The position numbers and the translations under genes were made by a program. DNA of 32,000 bases from Microcystis aeruginosa NIES-843 (GTDB lineage Bacteria > Cyanobacteriota > Cyanobacteriia > Cyanobacteriales > Microcystaceae): NCBI RefSeq assembly GCF_000010625.1, contig NC_010296.1:1890001-1922000 (forward strand). The letters are read 5' to 3'. Within the stretch, counting starts at the first letter, position 1; every line of letters begins with the position of its first letter. Of this stretch, positions 1-8,654 are shown one piece after another. The notes below the pieces were generated by a model. The model was not told the origin of the DNA and made no database searches. It worked only from the letters and a program-made list of their open reading frames with translations.

Positions 1-531
<531 letters not shown>

Positions 532-588
532 TGATTCTTCTTTTCACCACTTTTTCCCTAGCTTTTGCAGTCTTGAGGGTTCTACCCT

Positions 589-708
589 TCCTGGTGTCTT
601 TAACGTGATGGCACCACTCCGATTCCATCCCGAACTCGGTTGTGAAACTTCACCGTGGCCAAGATACTTGTCGGGTTGCCGACCGGGACAATAGCTCGAT
701 GCCAGGAT
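589..708 (+). rRNA. rrf: 5S rRNA
   Basis: TCCTGGTGTC...CCATCCCGAACTCGGTTGTGAAAC...ATAGCTCGATGCCAGGAT matches the cyanobacterial 5S consensus. The terminal helix pairs (CCTGGTG/GCCAGG). It sits ~60 nt after the 23S end. Confidence 0.9.
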
Positions 709-716
709 TATTCTTT

Positions 717-756
717 CCTACCCCTCAATCCCACCAGATTGGGGGGTAGGCTTTTA
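717..756 (+). terminator. Putative rrn operon intrinsic terminator
   Basis: 8-bp GC-rich stem CCTACCCC (717-724) / GGGGTAGG (743-750), followed by CTTTTAT, immediately after the 5S. Confidence 0.55.
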
Positions 757-757
757 T

Positions 758-1048
758 CTAAACTACCGCCTGAATTAACACAAAAGGTTGCACGATTAGT
801 GTATTAAAAAGGTTATCGGGATGGGAATTCCAATCGCTTAACTGCTCTTGTGTCGGTTTTTCTAGTAGTTTTTCCCCGATCCAATTCTGCACTTGAGCAA
901 CCCGATCACCGGCGATCGCTTCTGCCACTTCGATTAAATTGAGGGAATCCGAAACCACGATCAGCGCATCCCTTTGAGCATGGGGGATCAAGTCACTCCA
1001 CTCCACTTCGGCTAATTCCTCTAATAACTGCTCGTGAATATTACCCAT
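758..1048 (-). CDS. Small conserved hypothetical protein (DUF2288-like)
   Basis: 96-aa ORF with an acidic N-terminus (EQLLEELAEVEWSDLIPHAQRDALIVV). It resembles the cyanobacterial DUF2288 family from memory. No search was run. Confidence 0.55.
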   Translation of the reverse strand: MGNIHEQLLEELAEVEWSDLIPHAQRDALIVVSDSLNLIEVAEAIAGDRVAQVQNWIGEKLLEKPTQEQLSDWNSHPDNLFNTLIVQPFVLIQAVV

Positions 1049-1411
1049 ACTGTCAATCCTTGCGAAAAAGCTCGCTCAATAACGAATTAGCCCTTCCTTC
1101 TAGCATACAGGCAAAGGGACGACCGATCTTCATCTATAGTAATTGTAGCGGTTCTCACACCTGTATGTGACAGCTAAACCTTTCCTGATTAAGCTTTTCA
1201 ACATCGATAATGTACCTCTTGCGAACAGGAAACGCTATATCACTGTTTACTGATCACTTAAAAAGCTGACGGCTGATGGCTTAGATGTGTAATTAATTTT
1301 GCTTAGGTACTTATGACCGAAGCGATTCGCGCTTCTAGGAAAGGCAGCGCTTCTCCTTGAGAGTCCTTCCACAGAGTCAATGCCACTGGCGGCTTGACAC
1401 CTCTCCTGAAC

Positions 1412-1500
1412 GGTTACGTTATCCTTAACTTCTTTCTTAACTTCCTAAACTTAGGTTACGTTATCCTTAACTTCTTTCTTAACTTCCTAAACTTAGGTTG
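1412..1500. repeat. 42-bp tandem direct repeat, 2 full units plus 5 nt
   Basis: GGTTACGTTATCCTTAACTTCTTTCTTAACTTCCTAAACTTA occurs at 1412-1453 and identically at 1454-1495, then GGTTG. The unit contains the sub-repeat CTTAACTTC. It lies ~75 nt upstream of the FAAL start. Confidence 0.9.
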
Positions 1501-1572
1501 TAGTTCCAAAATAATTCGCCGATAATTAGTTTTAAGTTAAAAGAACTTCAGAAATCAGTTGTAGAGGAAAAA

Positions 1573-3949
1573 ATGCTTTGTTTATCTGTAGAGTCAAAAT
1601 CTCAAGGCGAAATTTTTCAGGACATTTCTACTTTTGTAGATATTTTGAACCATAGAGCATTGCAGCAAGCCGAGCAAACAGCTTATATCTTTTTGGCTAA
1701 TGGAGAAACAGAAACCGCCAGACTGACTTATCAGCAATTAGATCAAAAAGCAAAAGCTTTGGCGGCTCAACTTCAGTTACAAATGTCTCCGGGAGAAAGA
1801 GCTTTATTGCTCTATCCATCAGGGGAAGAATTTATCATTGCTTTCTTTGCCTGTTTATATGCTGGTGTTATTGCTGTTCCTGTTTATCCCCCCCGACGTA
1901 ATCAAAAGCTCTCTCGACTACAAGCAATCACTAAAGATGCTCAGGCCAAACTGGCCTTAACTACTACATCCTTATTAAGGACTATTGAGGAAAAATTTTC
2001 GAGTGATCCTGAGTTAGTAACAGTACCTTGCTTAGCTACTAATAACATCTCGGATGAGCAAGCAGAAAACTGGCAAAAACTGAATCTTTCGGTTCTTCGG
2101 TTTTTGTTATGCAATGGAGGGGGGTTATAAGGGATGAAACCCTTATATATAAAGACATTGCTTCGATTTTTGCCAATTGTTTTCGATCTAGAACGAGCTA
2201 ATCAATTAAGTCTCTTGCCAGATAAGGATTTAGTCGATTTATGCCACCCGATCAAACCATACCAAGTAACGAAGAACCAATCTTTCTTTAGAGGACATAG
2301 CTTTCCTACAATATACTTCCGGTTCAACAGGTATGCCTAAAGGAGTTATGGTTAGTCATAAAAATTTACTTCATAATGAAAGACTGATTGCTTCTGCCTT
2401 TGGACACACAAGCAAAACTATTGGTGTAGGATGGTTGCCACTATTCCATGATATGGGACTAATTGGTCACGTATTACAACCCATATACGTCGGATTTCCT
2501 TCTGTGATTATGCCTCCAGAAGCATTTATCCAAAAACCGCTCCGATGGTTACAAGCTATTTCTCGCTACAAAGCTACCAGTAGTGGTGGACCTAATTTTG
2601 CTTATGAATTATGTGCCTCTAAAATTAAACCTCAAGAGCGAGAAAATCTGGATTTAAGTTGTTGGGATGTGGCTTTTAATGGAGCCGAACCTGTGCGAGC
2701 AATTACATTAGAAAAATTTGCTAATACTTTTGCTGATAGTGGTTTTAAGAGAGAGGCATTTTACCCTTGTTATGGGATGGCTGAAACTACTCTATTTGTA
2801 TCGGGGGGAATTAAAAGCCAATCTCCTGTGATTGAAGCAGTTGATAAATTAGCTCTTTTAGAAAATAGTGCCGTTACTATTAACTGTCAACACCCGAATG
2901 CTCAGTTATTGGTCGGTTGTGGTCACGCTTGGTTATCAGAAAAAATTGTGATTGTGAATCCTGAATCGTTAACTGAATGTCGAGATGGAGAAATAGGAGA
3001 AATTTGGGTATCTAGTGATAGTGTAGCTCAGGGTTATTGGAATCGACCCGAACAGACAGAAGAAACTTTCAAAGCTTATTTAGCTGATACCCAGGTCGGT
3101 CCATTTCTGCGGACAGGAGATTTAGGATTTTTACTGGCTGGTGAGTTATTTATCACAGGCAGACTCAAGGACTTAATTATTGTTCAAGGACGTAATCATT
3201 ATCCTCAAGATATTGAATCCACCGTCGAAAAAAGTCACCTGGGATTGCGGCAAGGGTGTGGAGCAGTATTTTCAGTGGAAATTGCTGGCCAAGAAAGGCT
3301 AGTGGTTGTCCAAGAGGTAGAGCGGAGTTATCTGCGTAAATTAGACTCACCAGAGGTAATTGAGCAAATTATTCGCTCTGTTGCCGAAGAACATCAGCTA
3401 GATGTTTATGCCGTCGCACTTCTTAAGACAGCAAGTATTCCTAAAACCTCTAGTGGTAAAATTCAACGAATAGCTTGTCGGACTGCTTTCCTAGCGGGAA
3501 CTCTTGATGTGATTGGCGATTGGAGTAAAATTCCATCTCAAAAAAAGGACTTCATAAAACTAGAATCAGATGTTAATCATTTGTTAGAAAAATTAAAAAC
3601 TTTTTCGCACTTATCAGAATCATCTGAGTACAAGGCTATTTATGAAGAGATTGAACAGTGGTTAATTGCTAAATTTGCAGAACTAAAGGAAACGGCTGAT
3701 GAAAACATAGACGTTCGACAAAATATCGGATTTGATTCCTTGGTAGCTGCTGAATTAAATAATCTGTTTAACACTAACTGGGGAGTTGAAATCCCTATAG
3801 ATAATTTTATTGAAGGTGTTAGTGTTAATAGTTTAACAGCAATTTTGACTAACAAAATATCAGAGAATCGCTGGAAGTTTACGGAACAAATAGACCAAAT
3901 GAATGATGAAGAAGTGGATGCTTTACTCAGTTCCATATTATCTAAATAG
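1573..3949 (+). pseudogene. Fatty acyl-AMP ligase fused to an acyl carrier domain (FAAL-ACP), interrupted by a MITE
   Basis: ORF 1573..2130 carries a FAAL-type N-terminus (LLLYPSGEEFIIAFFACLYAGVIAVPVYPPRRNQ). ORF 2333..3949 carries the rest of the adenylation fold and a C-terminal carrier domain with GFDSL. Deleting 2091..2286 (the MITE plus one TSD copy, 196 nt) joins the frames. This regenerates ...NLSLEDIAFLQYTSGSTGMPKG, the AMP-binding core motif, and gives a 726-aa protein. Confidence 0.9.
2091..2278 (+). mobile_element. 188-bp MITE, copy 1
   Basis: Imperfect terminal inverted repeats: GGTTCTTCGGTT... at the left end and ...AAGTAACGAAGAACC at the right. An 8-bp target-site duplication AATCTTTC lies at 2083-2090 and 2279-2286. 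There is an internal hairpin TATAAGGG-ATGAAA-CCCTTATA. It is roughly 93% identical by eye to 9835..10022. No transposase is encoded. Confidence 0.9.
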
Positions 3950-3967
3950 ATAGGAGACAATTGAATC

Positions 3968-5290
3968 ATGACTACCAATATTGAGACTCTAAATTCGCTT
4001 TCATCTGCTCAAAAGCGCCATCTTTTGAAACAACTACTTTCAGAAAAATCTGACTATATGTCTCCGTCGAAAAATCCTAGCCAATGGGGTAATGAAAAAT
4101 TTCTCGATGACGCTGAGGCAGCTGGATTTCTTCTTGGTGATGGTATTCCGGTTATGGACGGGATGAGTGGCTCTCGCATTAAACGTGATGGTCGGGAAAT
4201 GATTAATTTATCAGGGATTAATTTTCTCGGACTACAACAAGAAGAGCAATTCGTTGAGATTTTCTGTAAAAATACCCGCCAATATGGTTTAGCTACGGGA
4301 GGATCTCGTCTTACTCAAGGAGTTTCCCGTCCCCATCTTTTACTGGAACAAAAGATGAACGAAATTTGGCAAAAAGATTATACTTTAACCTTTGGGACAG
4401 GAGCTTTAGCTAATATTGGTTTTATTAATGCTATGACCAGTTCTTTTGGCTTTGATGCAACTGTCACAATAGATAATCAGGATGTTGTTTTTGTTTTAGA
4501 TCGAGATTGTCACTGGAGTTTATGGAATCCGCTGGCTAACCGAAAGTTGGGTTCTCAAGTATTTGCCTTTAAGCATAATGATCCTTCTTCTCTTGAGCAA
4601 GTGTTAAAGAAGATTAAATCATCGAGGGTTATTGTCGTCTTTGAAACAGTATATTCTTCTGATGGCAGTGTAGCTCCTGTTGGTGAATTAATCGAAATTT
4701 GTGAGCGTTATGGAGCTTTATCTTACGTTGATGATGCTAACGGATTTATGATTTATGGCACTCCTAATCGACCTTTCTATCAGGAGTACAAAGCTTTACG
4801 CAGAGCTACTTTTATCATGGTTTCTTTCTCCAAAGCTGTCGGTATTGAAGGGGGAGCAATCAGTGGACCGAAAGAATTTGTCAAATCTTTTGAGATTCTC
4901 TCTGGTACTTCCTTGTTTACAGCAACTATGCAACCACCAACGGCTGCTACGAATCTGGAAATTATACAGCACTTGGAGAAAAATCCCAAAATTATGGATG
5001 ACTATCTAAAACGCTGTTTACAATTGCGAGAAACTCTAATTAATTTAGGTTTTCACCTCAATGATGTACCTTCTTACATTACCTCAATTATTATTGGTCA
5101 AGATGAAGTAGCTGAACAGGTACGACGAGACTTACTGGACATGGGGTATTGTATCCCTATATTCCGTTATCCTGCTGTTGAGCGTGGCAAGGCTTTAATT
5201 CGCTTGATGATCAACAATAAGCATACTGATGAGGATATTAATCTTTTTGTTGAAGCTCTCAAAAAAACCCGAGAGCACTATCAATTTTAA
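3968..5290 (+). CDS. PLP-dependent alpha-oxoamine synthase (AONS / serine palmitoyltransferase family)
   Basis: 440 aa. Family layout: GTGALAN...DRDCHWS...VDDANG...SFSKAVGIEGG, with the PLP lysine in SFSK at codon 289. AGGAG lies upstream of the ATG, 18 nt after the FAAL stop. Confidence 0.85.
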   Translation: MTTNIETLNSLSSAQKRHLLKQLLSEKSDYMSPSKNPSQWGNEKFLDDAEAAGFLLGDGIPVMDGMSGSRIKRDGREMINLSGINFLGLQQEEQFVEIFCKNTRQYGLATGGSRLTQGVSRPHLLLEQKMNEIWQKDYTLTFGTGALANIGFINAMTSSFGFDATVTIDNQDVVFVLDRDCHWSLWNPLANRKLGSQVFAFKHNDPSSLEQVLKKIKSSRVIVVFETVYSSDGSVAPVGELIEICERYGALSYVDDANGFMIYGTPNRPFYQEYKALRRATFIMVSFSKAVGIEGGAISGPKEFVKSFEILSGTSLFTATMQPPTAATNLEIIQHLEKNPKIMDDYLKRCLQLRETLINLGFHLNDVPSYITSIIIGQDEVAEQVRRDLLDMGYCIPIFRYPAVERGKALIRLMINNKHTDEDINLFVEALKKTREHYQF

Positions 5291-5384
5291 AGCCGACAAT
5301 ATCCAACTTCTGTCAATTAAGTTCCCATCACAAAACTAGAAAAAATGGGTAACTTACCCGATTCACAAAACCAAAAGGAGAAAA

Positions 5385-6506
5385 ATGATGATTGCCAATA
5401 CTTTACAAGCAGAAAAATGCTCAACTCTTAACGCCACTGTCAACTCTTATAATGAATGGGATCCTTTAGAAGAGGTAATCGTTGGAAGTTTAGATAATGC
5501 GGTGTTTCCCCCGAATCATCTTAGTGTTCACGCCACAATTCCTCAAAGTTTATCAAAAATATTGATGTGGTTTGGTAGCCGACGTTATCCAAAATTTTTA
5601 ATAGAAGAAGCGAGTAAGGATTTAGAACATTTCATCCATATTTTAGAATCTGAAGGAGTTACCGTCCGTCGTCCCGATGTTATGGATTTTAGCGTGACCT
5701 ACAAAACTCCCGATTGGAAATCAAAAGGGTTATGTACTGCCTGTCCGCGAGATGGTTTGTTAGTATTGGGAGACGAAATTATTGAAACCCCGATGGCATG
5801 GCGTTCTCGATATTTTGAACTCCACGCTTACCAAACATTATTAATTGAATATTTTCAAAAAGGTGCACGATGGACTGCCGCACCTAAACCCAAGTTAACC
5901 GATCGACTCTATGATCGCAACTATCAGATACCTCAAGAAGGGGAACCGATTCGCTACGTAATCACGGAATGCGAACCTGTCTTTGATGCGGCGGATTTTA
6001 TTCGCTGTGGTAAGGACATTTTTGTTACGAGAAGTAACGTGACAAATGAGATGGGAATTCAATGGCTAGAACGCCATGTTGGGGATAAATTTAATATTCA
6101 TAGAGTCGAAAGTAAATGCCGACAACCAATGCACATTGATTCTAGTTTCATGCCTCTGGCTCCTGGAAAGTTATTAGTGAACCCAGATTATATTGATGTG
6201 GCTAAAATCCCAGACATTTTTAAATCTTGGGATATTCTCATTGCTCCTAAACCCGATATTATCACAGGAGGTTTTTTCAATGCCAATGCTAGTATGTGTA
6301 GTTTATGGATTAGCATGAATGTATTAATGCTTGATGAGAAAAGGGTAATCATTGAAAAACATCAAGAAACGATGATTCGATTTCTCAAAGATCATGGATT
6401 TGAGCCAATTCCCTGCCCTTTCATGAATTACGCGCCTTTCGGTGGCTCTTTCCACTGCGCTACCTTGGATATCCGTCGTCGAGGGACGCTACAATCCTAT
6501 TTCTAG
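5385..6506 (+). CDS. Amidinotransferase (glycine amidinotransferase / CyrA / SxtG family)
   Basis: 373 aa. The C-terminus GGSFHCATLDIRRRGTLQSYF closely matches the catalytic-Cys end of AGAT-type enzymes. AAGGAG Shine-Dalgarno sequence upstream. Confidence 0.85.
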   Translation: MMIANTLQAEKCSTLNATVNSYNEWDPLEEVIVGSLDNAVFPPNHLSVHATIPQSLSKILMWFGSRRYPKFLIEEASKDLEHFIHILESEGVTVRRPDVMDFSVTYKTPDWKSKGLCTACPRDGLLVLGDEIIETPMAWRSRYFELHAYQTLLIEYFQKGARWTAAPKPKLTDRLYDRNYQIPQEGEPIRYVITECEPVFDAADFIRCGKDIFVTRSNVTNEMGIQWLERHVGDKFNIHRVESKCRQPMHIDSSFMPLAPGKLLVNPDYIDVAKIPDIFKSWDILIAPKPDIITGGFFNANASMCSLWISMNVLMLDEKRVIIEKHQETMIRFLKDHGFEPIPCPFMNYAPFGGSFHCATLDIRRRGTLQSYF

Positions 6507-6516
6507 TCTTAATCCA

Positions 6517-7185
6517 ATGCTTACCTTGACCATTTTGTGGCTGGCTTTTATTGATAGCATCAATCCCACCCCTATTGCCATCGCTATCCTGATATTTTTG
6601 TATCGGGGGACTCGGGGAGTTTGGGCTTACGTCTATGGTATTTTCTTGACTACTTTGGTTCAATCATTCGTTTTTTACTTCGGATTAAGTGAACTGCAAG
6701 AGATAATATCGAGACAACACCTATCTTCTGTTAACTGGGGCTGGCTGTTAATTCTTGTTGGAGTGGTGGTCAGTGCTTATGGATTATATCGCTGGTGTCA
6801 TAGAAAGGAAATTCCGAATCTAAGGAGGTGGGACTCTCTCCCCCCCTTAGATTACGCAAATCGACTCAAATTCTTAGCTTTTGGTAGCGCGACAACCCTC
6901 GCGGAGACACCGGGAGCGTTCCTAATGATTCTGGCTATTATTGAAATCAGAAAACTAGCAACTCCTTTCGTGTTTTTACCATTTTACTTAGGTCTTTATG
7001 CTACGATTTATACCTTGCCTATTGTTCTTTTAAATTTGGCTGGAATCTGGCATAAAAAGCCTTTAGAAACATGGCTATCTAGACATTTTAAGTTGCTTTA
7101 CCTCATTCTGAATATCACTATTAGTTTATCTTTAATCGCTTTTGGTGTATTTTTTCTTGCTATGGGAGTGAAACAATTAAGATGA
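6517..7185 (+). CDS. Small polytopic membrane protein, possible exporter (LysE/GAP-like; family uncertain)
   Basis: The track ORF 6442..7185 overlaps the upstream gene. I prefer the ATG at 6517 (MLTLTILWLAFIDSINP...). The protein is hydrophobic throughout, with about 6 predicted TM segments. Its stop overlaps the next start as ATGA at 7182-7185. Confidence 0.6.
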   Translation: MLTLTILWLAFIDSINPTPIAIAILIFLYRGTRGVWAYVYGIFLTTLVQSFVFYFGLSELQEIISRQHLSSVNWGWLLILVGVVVSAYGLYRWCHRKEIPNLRRWDSLPPLDYANRLKFLAFGSATTLAETPGAFLMILAIIEIRKLATPFVFLPFYLGLYATIYTLPIVLLNLAGIWHKKPLETWLSRHFKLLYLILNITISLSLIAFGVFFLAMGVKQLR

Positions 7186-8087
7186 CTTCTCTTTCTTCAT
7201 TTGAGAATTCGAGATCTCAAATCAAAGGGGCGGTGTTTATTTCCGCCAGTTCGTCGGGAGTTGGTAGGGTCTGTGCAAAAATTCTTGCAGAAAAAGGGTT
7301 TTGGGTTTTTACCGGACTAAGAAATTTAGATCAAGCCCGATCACTGCAACAAGAAACGGGGGGGAATACAACCCCGATCCTGCTTGATGTTACGAAAGAA
7401 GATAGCATTATCTCGGCCGCTACTCAGGTGGCAGAAGTATTAAGCAAAAAAAATCTGAAATTGTTGGGCATTATTAACAATGCCTGTCACGAGTTTCACG
7501 GGCCTTTAGAACTCCTGCCCATCGAGTTCGCCCGTCAAGAAATGGAGGTGAGCTATTTAGGCTATTTGTCAGTTATCAAAGCTTTTTTACCACTTCTGCG
7601 GCAGTCGCGAGGACGGATCGTGAATTTTAGTTCTATCAATGGACTAATCGTATTTCCGAGTGTTGGCACAGGGTGCGCCGCAAAATATGCTGTCGAGGCG
7701 ATGTCGGATGCTTTTCGTATGGAATTAGCCCCTTGGGGAATCAAAGTATCGATCATCGAACCAGGAGCGATCGCCACCCCTTTGTGGCAAAAAACCCAAG
7801 AGGCTTTTGAAGAGTTACCGAAATATGTATCGATGGAAACTCTTCAGTTATACTATCCATCTTGGTCGGAAGCTTTAAAAAAGTCGAGATCGGAAACCAA
7901 TTTATTTTACAAAATTGCCACATCACCAGAACAAGTTGTACCCTCCATTCTGCACGCGTTAACTAGCAGGAACCCCAAAATTCGCTATCGGATCGGTCTT
8001 GATGCTAAAGCTCTGGCTTTGATAAACTGGTTGTTGCCAAATTGGTTATTTGATTTTATGGCTAGGAGGGTTTTTCTCTATCGGTAG
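7182..8087 (+). CDS. Short-chain dehydrogenase/reductase (classical SDR) with an atypical active-site motif
   Basis: 301 aa. Glycine-rich NAD(P) motif SASSSGVG, NNAC (the NNAG equivalent), catalytic Ser in NFSS, and Lys in GCAAKYAVEA. The canonical Tyr four residues before that Lys is Gly. Confidence 0.8.
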   Translation: MTSLSSFENSRSQIKGAVFISASSSGVGRVCAKILAEKGFWVFTGLRNLDQARSLQQETGGNTTPILLDVTKEDSIISAATQVAEVLSKKNLKLLGIINNACHEFHGPLELLPIEFARQEMEVSYLGYLSVIKAFLPLLRQSRGRIVNFSSINGLIVFPSVGTGCAAKYAVEAMSDAFRMELAPWGIKVSIIEPGAIATPLWQKTQEAFEELPKYVSMETLQLYYPSWSEALKKSRSETNLFYKIATSPEQVVPSILHALTSRNPKIRYRIGLDAKALALINWLLPNWLFDFMARRVFLYR

Positions 8088-8300
8088 TTCTTACTGAAAA
8101 AGGATACAGATTGTCTTTTGTCCATACTAACCCCGTGTGCAACTATATTTTTAGTCTTGATTTACAAGGCTCTCAGAAATCAGCAGAGATCAAGTATCCT
8201 CTGCAACCCTGATTCTGTCGTTTTTAGTTGCACATCGCGTCATACTATAAAAACATGATTGCCGCTTATATAAAACAAAAACAACTCTCAAGAAATAGCG

Positions 8301-8568
8301 ATGAAACCTAATTCATTATCCAAGCATTCTCATCCTTTACGCTGGATTTTAGCCATTGCTATTACTGCTACAACTATTACCAGTGTGGGGGTAGTTTACC
8401 AGGTTTTGCCCTGGAGATGGGGTAAGTTCACCTATTTCTCAACCAAAAGCAACAACACCCAGTATTATAAAAGTAGCTGCGTTGGCAAGATTAGAGTCTG
8501 AAAGTGAGGTTATCCGTCTAGATGCTCCCTTACCTTTAGATGGTGATCGCATAAATTGCGATCGATGA
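8301..8568 (+). pseudogene. Frameshifted, truncated N-terminal fragment of a devB/HlyD-family paralog
   Basis: Track ORF 8301..8501 gives a signal-anchor-like start (RWILAIAITATTITSVGVVYQ). The +1 frame continues SQPKATTPSIIKVAALARLESESEVIRLDAPLPLDGDRI, then stops at 8566-8568. This parallels residues KITALGRIEPRTEIISISAPMLLDSDRV of the full devB at 8655. Confidence 0.7.
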
Positions 8569-8654
8569 ACAAATGGAATTATTAGGTAAAATTCTTACTA
8601 CTTATTTGCAGAAAAACTGTTAACCCCCAACAATCACTTATTAACTAAAAAATT

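Noticed and set aside
2134-2340. 68-aa ORF between the two FAAL fragments
   Set aside because: It is composed of MITE sequence plus out-of-frame FAAL sequence. It disappears when the MITE is removed.
3640-3978. 112-aa antisense ORF at the FAAL 3' end, and the ORFs 4755..5009 (+) and 4780..4989 (-) inside the AONS gene
   Set aside because: They are nested within strongly supported genes and have no recognisable motifs.
8137-8236. Inverted TGTGCAACTA...TAGTTGCACA pair in the SDR-devB intergenic region, considered as a regulatory RNA or operator
   Set aside because: There is only a ~10-nt match, separated by ~75 nt, with no supporting structure or conservation that I can assess.
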